A stretch of DNA of 64,000 nt, taken from the IMG/VR virus record IMGVR_UViG_3300021958_008980, positions 12,465-76,464 of that record, one strand, 5' to 3'. Of this stretch, positions 18,670-27,993 are shown in pieces. The notes under the pieces are model-generated. The model did not search any database. It was not told the DNA's origin and was given only the letters and a program-made list of their open reading frames with translations. Source of the DNA: a virus (taxonomy: Duplodnaviria > Caudoviricetes). The stretch's first letter is position 1. Every line of letters starts with the position of its first letter. Both the position numbers and the translations under genes were made by a program.

Positions 18670-18697
18670 TTGACGTATAACACAATCCTGCTATAAT
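18670..18697 (+). promoter_or_regulatory. sigma70 promoter for the MoxR operon
   Basis: TTGACG-N16-TATAAT with an extended -10 TGn; AGGAG SD at 18718-18722. Confidence 0.78.
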
Positions 18698-18730
18698 GAT
18701 ATTATAAACATTTAAACAGGAGTGTACTAA

Positions 18731-19834
18731 ATGGCAAGAGCTAAAAACAAAGAGGCGGCAGTAGGTTCGCAAAACAGAACAGTTTCACCCAACGAGGCGA
18801 AATCAGCATTAACACATTGTATCAAATTACAAAGACCCATAATGATGTGGGGTGCACCAGGTATCGGTAAGTCAGATATCGTAAAACAGATTGCAGAGGC
18901 AGAAGGCAGAGAAGTGATCGATATTAGACTTCCTTTATGGGAGCCAACAGACATCAAGGGTATTCCCTATTACAATTCAAAAGAAAACAACATGGTTTGG
19001 GCAAGTCCGGCAGAACTGCCAACAGATCCTAAATCCAAGGCGATTGTTTTCTTGGACGAGTTGAACTCGGCGGCTCCGGCTGTACAGGCGGCGGCTTATC
19101 AGTTAATCCTAAACAGAAGAGTAGGTCAGTATCACCTACCAGAAGGCGTGTCGATCGTGGCGGCGGGTAACAGAGACAGTGACAAAGGTGTCACTTACAG
19201 AATGCCGGCTCCGTTGGCAAACAGATTCGTACACGTAGAACTTAGAGTGGACTTCGAGGACTGGTTGCAATGGGCAACTAATGAACACATACACGCAGAT
19301 GTCGTAGGTTACTGCACATTCGCAAAACAAGATTTATACGATTTTGATCCTAGAGGTAGTTCTAGATCATTCGCAACTCCAAGATCATGGAGTTTCGTAA
19401 GCCAACTTCTATCAGACGACCTGCCAGAAAGTACGCTCACTGACCTCGTAGCAGGTTGCGTAGGAGAAGGACTGGCCGTTAAGTTTATGAATCATCGTAA
19501 GATTAGCGGTCAGTTGCCTAACCCATCTGATATATTGAGCGGTAAGGTCCGAGACCTTAAAACAAAGGAGATATCAGCGATGTACTCCCTAACAGTTTCT
19601 TTGTGCTATGAACTACAACAGGCACACGAGAAGAAAGACAAGACTTGGAATGAACAAGCGGACAGGTTCTTCAACTACATGATGGACAACTTTGAGACGG
19701 AGTTGGTGGTTATGGGTGCGAAGATCGCCTTAACAAACTACAAACTTCCGTTCGATCCTAGCAAGTTGAAATCATTTGATAGGTTCCATAAGAAGTTTGG
19801 CAAGTACGTCATAACTGCTATGGAGTCTAAATAA
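18731..19834 (+). CDS. MoxR-family AAA+ ATPase
   Basis: Walker A (WGAPGIGKS), Walker B (VFLDELN), AAGN sensor and LANRF arginine finger. Confidence 0.9.
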   Translation: MARAKNKEAAVGSQNRTVSPNEAKSALTHCIKLQRPIMMWGAPGIGKSDIVKQIAEAEGREVIDIRLPLWEPTDIKGIPYYNSKENNMVWASPAELPTDPKSKAIVFLDELNSAAPAVQAAAYQLILNRRVGQYHLPEGVSIVAAGNRDSDKGVTYRMPAPLANRFVHVELRVDFEDWLQWATNEHIHADVVGYCTFAKQDLYDFDPRGSSRSFATPRSWSFVSQLLSDDLPESTLTDLVAGCVGEGLAVKFMNHRKISGQLPNPSDILSGKVRDLKTKEISAMYSLTVSLCYELQQAHEKKDKTWNEQADRFFNYMMDNFETELVVMGAKIALTNYKLPFDPSKLKSFDRFHKKFGKYVITAMESK

Positions 19835-21075
19835 TGGTTGATTATCACGATCAGAAAATAATAGACAAACTGGTTACCGCAAGGATCGCCTTACTACTGA
19901 AGCATCCGTTCTTTGGCAACCTCGCAACCAGATTGAAACTTGTGAACGCAGACGACTGGTGTCCAACTGCTGGCACGGATGGCAGACACTTCTTCTACAA
20001 CACTAAATTCATAGATTCACTCACACCAAAAGAAGCAGAGTTCTTGTTTGGTCATGAAGTACTTCACAATGTGTTCGAACACATGCTGGTGAGGATCGGA
20101 GACAGGGATCCGCAACTTTGGAACATCGCGGCGGACTATGCCGTGAACCAGATATTGAAAGATTCAAACATCGGTGAGATGCCCAAGGGCAAGAAAGGCG
20201 AGAACAAAGGTTTCCAGGACGACAAGTACAAGGATTGGGCATCAGAAAGAATATATGATGACCTTTACAAGCAGGCCAAGAAGAACGGCAAGAAGATGTT
20301 GGAGAAACTTGGCGAGTTGATGGACGATCACCAGGAATGGGGTAAAGGTGATGGTGCGGGAGAAAAAGACGAGAAAGGTGGCAAGAAGGGTGGCAAAGGC
20401 AAGCCTGTGTACACCAAAGAAGAACTGAAGAAGATCAGAGACGAAGTGAAAGAAGCAATGGTGAGTGCGGCACAGAGCACAGGTGCAAGTAATCTACCTG
20501 GTGCCTTACAGAGACTGGTAAAAGATCTCACAGAGCCTAAGATGGACTGGAGAGAAATACTCCAGCAACAGATAATGAGCACGATAAAAAGTGATTACAC
20601 ATGGATGAGACCCAGCAGAAAATCATGGCACACATCTGCCATACTACCAGGACAGAACAATGATGAGATGATTGACATCTGTTTGGCTCTCGATGCATCT
20701 GGATCAATCAGCAACGAACAGTGTAAAGAATTCTTAACAGAAGTTAAAAACATAATGGACCAATACAAAGATTACAGAATACATCTTTGGAGTTTCGACA
20801 CAGAGGTGTTCAACCCTGTTGTGTTCACGCCCGACAACGCAGACGAGTTGTTGGACTACAAACTAGGTTCAGGAGGTGGTACAGAGTTTGAGTGCAACTG
20901 GAAATACATGAAGGCCAACGGCATAGAGCCCAAGAAGTTCGTGATGTTTACAGATGGTTGGCCTTTTGATAGTTGGGGTGACGAACACTACTGTGACACA
21001 ATATTCTTGATCAACAATCCATACGAGAGAGACATAGAGGCTCCTTTCGGAATGACGGTGCAGTACAATGATTAG
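19834..21075 (+). CDS. metallopeptidase-VWA domain protein (DUF2201-like), MoxR partner
   Basis: TAGTDGR, HEVLH (HExxH), MIDAS LDASGS, GGGTEF and FTDG; TAATG coupling. Confidence 0.85.
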   Translation: MVDYHDQKIIDKLVTARIALLLKHPFFGNLATRLKLVNADDWCPTAGTDGRHFFYNTKFIDSLTPKEAEFLFGHEVLHNVFEHMLVRIGDRDPQLWNIAADYAVNQILKDSNIGEMPKGKKGENKGFQDDKYKDWASERIYDDLYKQAKKNGKKMLEKLGELMDDHQEWGKGDGAGEKDEKGGKKGGKGKPVYTKEELKKIRDEVKEAMVSAAQSTGASNLPGALQRLVKDLTEPKMDWREILQQQIMSTIKSDYTWMRPSRKSWHTSAILPGQNNDEMIDICLALDASGSISNEQCKEFLTEVKNIMDQYKDYRIHLWSFDTEVFNPVVFTPDNADELLDYKLGSGGGTEFECNWKYMKANGIEPKKFVMFTDGWPFDSWGDEHYCDTIFLINNPYERDIEAPFGMTVQYND

Positions 21076-21178
21076 GTTACTATGGGAGACTTTCAAAGAT
21101 TGGTTCTTCAATGAGGTATCAATATCCATAATGAGTTTTGGATTACTATTGATAGCACTATGGAGTTACCTGTCATGA
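21068..21178 (+). CDS. 36-aa membrane micropeptide (not in ORF track)
   Basis: MIRLLWETFKDWFFNEVSISIMSFGLLLIALWSYLS; overlaps the VWA stop and is ATGA-coupled to the next ORF. Confidence 0.6.
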   Translation: MIRLLWETFKDWFFNEVSISIMSFGLLLIALWSYLS

Positions 21179-21246
21179 TTAGTGCAGTCATAAAAGCGTC
21201 ATTGGTTATGGCCTTGATTTTAATAATTTTGAACTGGATGTTGTAA
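21175..21246 (+). CDS. 23-aa hydrophobic micropeptide (not in ORF track)
   Basis: MISAVIKASLVMALILIILNWML; ATGA overlap upstream and TAATG overlap downstream. Confidence 0.55.
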   Translation: MISAVIKASLVMALILIILNWML

Positions 21247-21602
21247 TGATGTTATTTCCAAACACAAATCCATACACGGGCAAACTTGAGAAGGTAAAGA
21301 ACCTACGCAACTGGATGATAGATGCCGCTACGATACTGTTTGACGACAGCAAGAATGATCTACGGGCATTGCCAAAGACTGTGAGACTTCAGATACTTGT
21401 TACATTAAGTTTCCTATGGAGTACAGCATTCACTATCTATTTTTGGGGCATAAGAACTGACATATGGTTGAGTTGGTTCATAGGACACATAGCAATAATA
21501 TTTGTGGCCTACTACACATTCAAACAGTTCCACGGTAAAGCACACACAATGAAAGCAGACAAGACAGAGCCTCCAATGTACGATGATGTGTGGGGAGCCT
21601 AA
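21246..21602 (+). CDS. membrane protein (2 TM helices)
   Basis: Hydrophobic segments ILVTLSFLWSTAFTIYFWG and WFIGHIAIIFVAYY. Confidence 0.7.
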   Translation: MMLFPNTNPYTGKLEKVKNLRNWMIDAATILFDDSKNDLRALPKTVRLQILVTLSFLWSTAFTIYFWGIRTDIWLSWFIGHIAIIFVAYYTFKQFHGKAHTMKADKTEPPMYDDVWGA

Positions 21603-21868
21603 TGAAAGTAAATCCAAACAACTTCTTCAAGAGAGAACTTGACATATTACCACCACACTTCGTTAACACAGTGGTAAAGGCACACGAAGCCGATGTGGAG
21701 AAGATGAGAAAGTGGATCTACGAGAACTGCTCAGGCAGATATTCAATTACCAAAGATGTGAAATATGACGGTGGAGAATCTAGGTCTTGCACTGTGATAG
21801 GATTTGAAAATCCCGGGGATCTTACTCTGTTTGCATTGAGTGGTGTTGCTCAGATAAATCAAACCTAA
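21602..21868 (+). CDS. conserved phage hypothetical protein
   Basis: The ATG at 21602 forms a TAATG overlap and has GGAG upstream. Confidence 0.7.
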   Translation: MKVNPNNFFKRELDILPPHFVNTVVKAHEADVEKMRKWIYENCSGRYSITKDVKYDGGESRSCTVIGFENPGDLTLFALSGVAQINQT

Positions 21869-21871
21869 CCG

Positions 21872-21900
21872 TTGCAATCCATAATTAATTTTAGTATAAT
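21872..21900 (+). promoter_or_regulatory. sigma70 promoter
   Basis: TTGCAA-N17-TATAAT; AAGGA SD before the ATG at 21946. Confidence 0.72.
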
Positions 21901-21932
21901 ATACGTATATTATATATTAATTGCAATTAATA
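21895..21932. repeat. two abutting perfect palindromes (20 bp + 18 bp)
   Basis: TATAATATACGTATATTATA (21895-21914) and TATTAATTGCAATTAATA (21915-21932). Confidence 0.9.
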
Positions 21933-21945
21933 AAGGAAATAACAA

Positions 21946-22260
21946 ATGGCAACAAAAAAGAAAAATCTAAAGAAGCCAACCAAAGCAACTGCACAACCTA
22001 CCGCGGCGGCGCAACCGCAACAGGCACCTGCAGGACAACAGGCTCCGCAACCGGATCCGACTGCTTTATCGATAGGCGACTTGAAAAACCTTTCTACCAT
22101 TATTGATGTGGCATCCACTAGAGGTGCATTCAAGGCAAATGAAATGGCAGGTGTAGGAGTGTTATATAACAAACTTCAGGCGTTCTTGGCCAAAGTGGCA
22201 CCAGAACCAAAACCAGAAGAGAAAAAAGCGGAAGCACCAGCGACTGCGGAAGGAAAATAA
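21946..22260 (+). CDS. conserved phage hypothetical protein
   Basis: Ala/Pro/Gln-rich linker plus the core LSIGDLKNLSTIIDVASTRGAFKANEM. Confidence 0.8.
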   Translation: MATKKKNLKKPTKATAQPTAAAQPQQAPAGQQAPQPDPTALSIGDLKNLSTIIDVASTRGAFKANEMAGVGVLYNKLQAFLAKVAPEPKPEEKKAEAPATAEGK

Positions 22261-22261
22261 A

Positions 22262-22813
22262 ATGGACACACTAATGAACGTTAACGAGCAGGCAATGCCG
22301 ATGGGTGACAACACTGGGCAAACCGGCGATGGTCAAACTGGTCCAAAAAGACACTTCAAGCATATTGGAGAACTTGTGGATGGTGGAGCGAAGGTCGTTA
22401 TCATGTATAGAACAGTACCAGGGGAGCCAAACAACTGTTTGGTGATAGGTACAAAATTCTTACCAGACATCTACCATAACGCATTGATGAAGGCCGTGGA
22501 GTCAGATGGTGGACAGGAGGCAGACGAGTTTGCCACTTTCGCCAGCAGACAAACATTCCCAGATGGCACAAACATGTTGGCAATGTTACACAATGACAAC
22601 TACATCAAGAAGTTCAAAACCAAAGATATCATGGTCACGTACGGAAATACAACCGATGGCCGAATATTATTAAACAAGTTGAACGAAATGATCTCAAAAG
22701 AAAAAGGCGTGTCAGTGAAAGATCTTGCACAGGATTCTGACGCACCTGCTGAAGCACCAGCAAAGAAGACTACTAAAAAAGCGGATGCCAAAAAGACAGC
22801 CGCAAAAGAATAA
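22262..22813 (+). CDS. conserved phage hypothetical protein
   Basis: 183-aa ORF with an AAGGA SD and a Lys/Ala-rich tail. Confidence 0.78.
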   Translation: MDTLMNVNEQAMPMGDNTGQTGDGQTGPKRHFKHIGELVDGGAKVVIMYRTVPGEPNNCLVIGTKFLPDIYHNALMKAVESDGGQEADEFATFASRQTFPDGTNMLAMLHNDNYIKKFKTKDIMVTYGNTTDGRILLNKLNEMISKEKGVSVKDLAQDSDAPAEAPAKKTTKKADAKKTAAKE

Positions 22814-23129
22814 GACATGGGTACAACTGACAAAAGATTTTGTCAAGGAATGGCCGGAAGTTTTAGACGGATTACAGTTTACAAACATGCCGGTCAAGTA
22901 CCTGATGTACATTAACATCCTCTTAAAGAACAATATCACAATACACTACGACATAGCCAAAGACCTAAAGACGAAGAAGCAGGAAACAATCGCAAAGTTT
23001 CTTAAAAAAACAATAGAAGACAATTACATGAAAATAAAGAGCGTGGACATGAAGTTCGACATACCTAAACTGAAACGTGATATGGAGTCCAAAACATCAT
23101 TGATAATGGCTAAAACTTTTAAGAAATAG
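22785..23129 (+). CDS. hypothetical protein
   Basis: Likely ATG at 22785 (MPKRQPQK...). It is the last plus-strand gene, and its stop overlaps the convergent gene by 11 nt. Confidence 0.65.
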   Translation: MPKRQPQKNKTWVQLTKDFVKEWPEVLDGLQFTNMPVKYLMYINILLKNNITIHYDIAKDLKTKKQETIAKFLKKTIEDNYMKIKSVDMKFDIPKLKRDMESKTSLIMAKTFKK

Positions 23130-24399
23130 TTTTAAATCTTTCTTTTAACCAATCTAATTCATACGACAACATCAAAGCATCATGATCATCCTTGTGTTTT
23201 TCGTAGTATGTGACTGCGTCTGTGGCACCTTTCTGTACAAAGTCTGCGTAATTACCTTTTCCCAACAGACACCATTTCCGTAGCCTGTACTGTGATTCCA
23301 CCGTCGGTTTCATTTTGCACAACTTCAACACTTCTCTAAAAGCCACACGCCAACTTATTTCTGGTGTTTGATTGAAATGGCTAGTACCACTCAGAATCGG
23401 AACAACTGTGTGTGGTTGTGACAATGTGAAATCCAATCCAGGATTAAGTGTCGCCAAACACAGTTGTTTGTTGTAAAGAAGCACTGCCCTGTGTCCATAC
23501 TCCAATCCAGTGACCGGATTTTTAGCATGGAATATATAGTGACACGGATTCTTTAGCCTGTCCGGTTGGAAACTGAAATCAAAACTGTCTTCTAATTCTA
23601 TTGTTGGGAACACAGCGAAAAAGTAATCTGTTTCACTCAATTGTGCCGCGGCATGGTACGCCTTAGTCCTTCCTTTGATACCTTGTATGCGTTTGGCCCT
23701 TGGGTATTTGTCTTTAAGAACTTCCCAATATTTTTCTGCACTTGGTTCATCATAGGACAAAAACACAATGTCCATTGGTTTCACATCATACTCAAGGTCA
23801 TAATGCACGTGTCTATCTATTTCATAAAACTGTTCTAGGTCTTTGCCACCTGGTAACAACATAATATCTTTGGTTTCTCCCCAGGTATACATTTTTAAGT
23901 CTTCCCAAAAACTAGGATAGAAATCGGGCGTGGCTGTTTGGCAATCCTTGTTGATCAACCATGTGTAAAACTTATCAGATCCTTTGTAAGCACCCAACGG
24001 GTCTCCCAGATCGAATTCGAGTTTGCCAATGGGCCTTTGCCACAAAGTTGGTTCATAATGGTAATTTATATAATTAAAATCACGTAGGAAATTTATTTCT
24101 TTCAACTGCTTTTTGAATTCATTTGTTGGCACCAACATCACATTTCCTTCTTGATTCAAGCCGGCTGTGTGCCATACGTGCAATTGGTTCTCTTCGTATA
24201 ATTCAGGAATGTAATCAAGATCCATTTTGGACAAGTCAACAAAATTTGAGAAGAACCAGAAATGGTCTGTCTTGACATCGTTTATGACACTTTTAAGTAT
24301 TTCAAAATAACTTCCTATGAAAGGCACCACCCGAGTGTTCGCAAATGGGGATTCGATGTTCTCAACATCTTTGAACCTAACTTGGATGCTATCAAACAT
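23119..24399 (-). CDS. GT-A-like glycosyltransferase homolog (DxD not evident)
   Basis: C-terminal half DIVFLSYDEPSAE...AKRIQGIKG...AYHAAAQLSETDYFF is paralogous to 36513-37409. An additional N-terminal degenerate domain is present. Confidence 0.65.
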   Translation of the reverse strand: MFDSIQVRFKDVENIESPFANTRVVPFIGSYFEILKSVINDVKTDHFWFFSNFVDLSKMDLDYIPELYEENQLHVWHTAGLNQEGNVMLVPTNEFKKQLKEINFLRDFNYINYHYEPTLWQRPIGKLEFDLGDPLGAYKGSDKFYTWLINKDCQTATPDFYPSFWEDLKMYTWGETKDIMLLPGGKDLEQFYEIDRHVHYDLEYDVKPMDIVFLSYDEPSAEKYWEVLKDKYPRAKRIQGIKGRTKAYHAAAQLSETDYFFAVFPTIELEDSFDFSFQPDRLKNPCHYIFHAKNPVTGLEYGHRAVLLYNKQLCLATLNPGLDFTLSQPHTVVPILSGTSHFNQTPEISWRVAFREVLKLCKMKPTVESQYRLRKWCLLGKGNYADFVQKGATDAVTYYEKHKDDHDALMLSYELDWLKERFKTIS

Positions 24400-25450
24400 A
24401 TATAAACTCCTTTATTTTTTCACATACATAGTCAACTTCTCTTGTTGTCAGATGTGGATAAATTGGAAGGCTGATTGCCTTTGCACAAAGTTTTTCTGCA
24501 TTTGGATACATGCCTACATTTTTTGTGTCCAATATTTTTGGGTAATGTACTTTTGTTTCTATACCTTTTGTTTCCAAGAAATTTTTTAATTCATCTCTCC
24601 TGTCAGTTAGAATAACCAATTTGTGATTGCTGGATTCGGTGTTTGGTCCTGCACACACTATTTGTACTTCTGTAAGATTTTTATGATATCTCTTACACAA
24701 CTTTGCTCTAGAACTTTGTAACCTATCAAATTTTTGTAATAGCAATAATAGTTGACAAGCATGATCTTCGGATATAAGACTGTTGTAACCATAGGTGTGT
24801 TTGCCACTAACACCATGTCTTCGTAAGGACAAAACATTATCGCGTATTTCCTTGCTGTCGGTAAGCACCATACCACCACCACCAAAACTAGGCATGTTCT
24901 TCATAGGATCAAAACTAAACACGCTGACATCTCCCAATGCACCTGATGGTATCTTTCCGTACATGGCGCCCTGTGACTGTGCGGCGTCTTCTATGAGAGG
25001 TATCCGGTGTGTATCACAATATTTCCTCAGCCTTTGATAGTTTGCAGGGTTTCCGAACATGTTTACATACAACACCGCGTCTGGTAATCCTTGACCTTGC
25101 CAATCACCAATGTTGCCATTTTCGTCTGTATCAACGAAATGAATATCTGCACCCAAGCGTTTTATTGCTCCTGACGTGGCAATGTAACTGAATGCTGGAC
25201 AGATTATTGTGTTGTCTTTGTTCAATCCCACGGCTCTCATGGCAAAGTATAAACCATCAGTAGCACTGCCTACTCCAACTGCATACTTTCTTTTGTATTT
25301 TTTTGCAATCTTTTGCTCTAACTCTTTAAGGAATTTTCCTTGTAGCACATCACCAGATTCCCATACCGCTTTGGCTCTTCTTGCAAGACGCCAACTGTAA
25401 TCGTCATACAGCCTGTCAACACCATTAAATTTTATTTTGTAACCATTCAT
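24392..25450 (-). CDS. DegT/DnrJ/EryC1/StrS PLP-dependent sugar aminotransferase
   Basis: VGSATDGL, IEDAAQSQGA, FSFDPMKN (PLP Lys), GGGGM and SLPIYP. ATG taken at 25450. Confidence 0.92.
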   Translation of the reverse strand: MNGYKIKFNGVDRLYDDYSWRLARRAKAVWESGDVLQGKFLKELEQKIAKKYKRKYAVGVGSATDGLYFAMRAVGLNKDNTIICPAFSYIATSGAIKRLGADIHFVDTDENGNIGDWQGQGLPDAVLYVNMFGNPANYQRLRKYCDTHRIPLIEDAAQSQGAMYGKIPSGALGDVSVFSFDPMKNMPSFGGGGMVLTDSKEIRDNVLSLRRHGVSGKHTYGYNSLISEDHACQLLLLLQKFDRLQSSRAKLCKRYHKNLTEVQIVCAGPNTESSNHKLVILTDRRDELKNFLETKGIETKVHYPKILDTKNVGMYPNAEKLCAKAISLPIYPHLTTREVDYVCEKIKEFIYV

Positions 25451-26375
25451 AATAATTTTCAAGTCCTTGTCTAAACGACACCTGTGGAACGTACTCTAAT
25501 AGATCTTTTGCACGTGATATGTCCAGTGTTCCCCTCATAGGGTAAAGGCTTTGCATTCCAATGTCGTTGATGTCTGATTCACTACCGGTTATATCAATAA
25601 TTGTTTCCGCTAGTGTTCTCAGGCTTGATGCATTGCCGGCTGTAATATTAAAACTGGTGTTTGCCACATCAGAATTTGCCGCTCTAATTATTCCATCGGC
25701 CGCATCATCTCTGTAAGTGAAATCAACTTTGTTCTCACCATTGTGTAAAGTGATTGTTTCATTGTTCATGGCCTTTGCAAAAAACTTAGAAACTACTCTG
25801 TCTGGAAGATCTCCAGGACCATAAACACCACTTGGACGCACGATTATGTAATTCAACCCATCACGTTTTGCAAATAATTTTGTAAGTCTCTCTCCAGTAA
25901 GTTTTGCTTCTCCGTATATGTTTGTAGGTTTAGTATTTGACTCTTCCCTTGTTCCGTCGACAAAATCTCCATACACCATGCTACTGCTGACGTACACAAA
26001 TTTTTTTGTGTTGAATTGTGTTGCGTGCCACAACAGATTAGTTGTTGTGCCAATCACTTTTGGTATTCCATTGATTGGATCTTGATCAACTATTTTTGCT
26101 CTAGGATATGTTGCTAGATGTATGACAATGTCAGGATTATATTTGAAGGCCTTCAGACACACCATCCTATCTAATATGTCTCCGTCGATGATATGCACTT
26201 TGTCTTTTTTCCAATTACGTGTTCTCCATTCTATAAGTGCGTCAAGATTTTCTTTGGTTATAATATCGTAAGTGTCTTTGTTATCAATACACTGAATGCT
26301 GTGTCCTTCGTTTGAAAGTTTCTCTATTATCTTGCTTCCTATAAATCCCAGTCCGCCCGTGATCAAATATTTCAT
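25425..26375 (-). CDS. NAD-dependent nucleotide-sugar epimerase/dehydratase (extended SDR)
   Basis: MKYLITGGLGFIGS, VSSSMVYG, YGEAK (YxxxK) and RPSGVYGPG; AGGAG SD before the ATG at 26375. Confidence 0.9.
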   Translation of the reverse strand: MKYLITGGLGFIGSKIIEKLSNEGHSIQCIDNKDTYDIITKENLDALIEWRTRNWKKDKVHIIDGDILDRMVCLKAFKYNPDIVIHLATYPRAKIVDQDPINGIPKVIGTTTNLLWHATQFNTKKFVYVSSSMVYGDFVDGTREESNTKPTNIYGEAKLTGERLTKLFAKRDGLNYIIVRPSGVYGPGDLPDRVVSKFFAKAMNNETITLHNGENKVDFTYRDDAADGIIRAANSDVANTSFNITAGNASSLRTLAETIIDITGSESDINDIGMQSLYPMRGTLDISRAKDLLEYVPQVSFRQGLENYYEWLQNKI

Positions 26376-26525
26376 CAAAACTCCTTCTTTATTCCTAGTT
26401 GTGGATTCTCCACACAACTGTCTTTGATTTCCTTCATTGTTTCCTTGTTTAGATCCACGTCACAACTCGCACTGGGTTTTATTCCGCAACCTGCTAACAA
26501 CACGAACATTATCAAATATTTCATC
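26362..26525. repeat. 15-bp direct repeat flanking a lipoprotein gene
   Basis: ATCAAATATTTCATC occurs at 26362-26376 and 26511-26525. Confidence 0.9.
26375..26524 (-). CDS. 49-aa lipoprotein (not in ORF track)
   Basis: MKYLIMFVLLAGC|GIKPSASCDVDLNKETMKEIKDSCVENPQLGIKKEF: signal peptide with lipobox LAGC. Coupled to both neighbours (ATGA and TGATG). Confidence 0.78.
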   Translation of the reverse strand: MKYLIMFVLLAGCGIKPSASCDVDLNKETMKEIKDSCVENPQLGIKKEF

Positions 26526-27993
26526 CCAATACCTTTACACCGTATTTGTTGGTAAATGCTTTACCATCTTGTCTATCATTTACAATTGGTTGTCCTTTTA
26601 TGTTCAAACTGGTGTTGAGAAGTATGGGGCAACCCGTCTGTCGTTTCCATTCCGTGAGCAGTGCGTGGAACCCTGGATTATCCGTTTTTCGCACCGTTTG
26701 TACCCTAGAAGTGTGATCGTGGTGTATTATAGCAGGAAACTCTTTACCATGCGTACACGCCGCTGTAAATTGCATATAAGGGGTGTTTTTGACTGCTTTA
26801 GGTAGCTCAAAATAGTCGTTTACATCCTCTTCCAATATGGCAGGAGCGAACGGTCTAAACTTCTGTCTTTTCTTTATACTGTTTACCAGATCCTTGATGT
26901 CCTCACCCCGCGGGTCAGCCAACAGTGATCTATTACCAAGTGCCCTAGGACCAAACTCCGCCCTACCACTTGCAACTCCCACCATTTTGTTTTCCTTTAA
27001 TTCTTTTATCAGCGCATCAACCGGATACTCACCTTCTATGTTGTGTCCCAGGAATGGGTGTTGCCAATCAAGATGTCTTTTCTCATGAGCGGCAATACAG
27101 CCTAGGCTGGATCCTGCGTCTCCGGGATTTGGAATTATCCATATGTTGTCAAACATTCCCATGTTTGCCAGCACCCTGTTAGCGGCACAATTAAGTGCCA
27201 CACCACCTGCATACACCAAGTTCCTACTGCCATACTTGGATGCCCTGGTCCATAGGTCTGCCAGCAGTTCTTCCGTCACTGCCTGTATGCTGGCCGCTAT
27301 GTCCATTACGTCTGCGTTAGGTTCCCAATCACTGAGACCCCTGTGTAGATTCTGTTTCAGTTTGAAGGGTGATTGTTCTACGAATTCATCATATATCTTC
27401 TGTTTGTACTTTGGTTGTCCGTATGCCGCCATGCCCATAAGGATGTATTCCTCTTCAGCAGGTTTTAGACCACAACGATGTGTGAATGCACTGTAGAGTA
27501 TTCCAATGCTGTGTGGATACTGAATTGTTTCTTTACGTTCAATCCAAATTTTTTCAGCAGTCGATATGGACACAGTGTCCCACTCACCAATAGCATCTAC
27601 TGTGAGTATTGTTGCACCTTCGTCCTTGAATGGTGAAGTGAAGTAACCGGCCGCGGCGTGTGAGTCGTGATGCTTCACGTACTCATCTATCTTTATGCCA
27701 AAGTGGTCAAGGTGCCATTGTGGCATCTCTGTGTAACTCATTGCCAGTCCATATTGTCCTGCGTAGAACTGTCTCGCCTTCTTGAGCAAAGGTTTTTCAT
27801 AGTAAACGACCTTATCGAATGGACCATGTGTCATTGCCTCGTCCACTATCATCTGATTGAGGTAATGATCATTCTTGACTTTAGAATATCTCTCTGCGTG
27901 TGCGGCCCATAATATTTTTCCTATGCCTCCGCTGTAATCTACAACGGCCATGGCGGCATCATGATTCATGCAGTTTATTCCTAGTATTCTCAT
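26521..27993 (-). CDS. O-carbamoyltransferase (NodU/CmcH/TobZ family)
   Basis: LGIN..NHDAA, HHDSHAAAGY, DAIGE, GGVALNC, DAGSSLG, GRAEFGPRALGNRS, FRPFAP and NTSLNIKGQP. ATG at 27993. Confidence 0.93.
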   Translation of the reverse strand: MRILGINCMNHDAAMAVVDYSGGIGKILWAAHAERYSKVKNDHYLNQMIVDEAMTHGPFDKVVYYEKPLLKKARQFYAGQYGLAMSYTEMPQWHLDHFGIKIDEYVKHHDSHAAAGYFTSPFKDEGATILTVDAIGEWDTVSISTAEKIWIERKETIQYPHSIGILYSAFTHRCGLKPAEEEYILMGMAAYGQPKYKQKIYDEFVEQSPFKLKQNLHRGLSDWEPNADVMDIAASIQAVTEELLADLWTRASKYGSRNLVYAGGVALNCAANRVLANMGMFDNIWIIPNPGDAGSSLGCIAAHEKRHLDWQHPFLGHNIEGEYPVDALIKELKENKMVGVASGRAEFGPRALGNRSLLADPRGEDIKDLVNSIKKRQKFRPFAPAILEEDVNDYFELPKAVKNTPYMQFTAACTHGKEFPAIIHHDHTSRVQTVRKTDNPGFHALLTEWKRQTGCPILLNTSLNIKGQPIVNDRQDGKAFTNKYGVKVLG

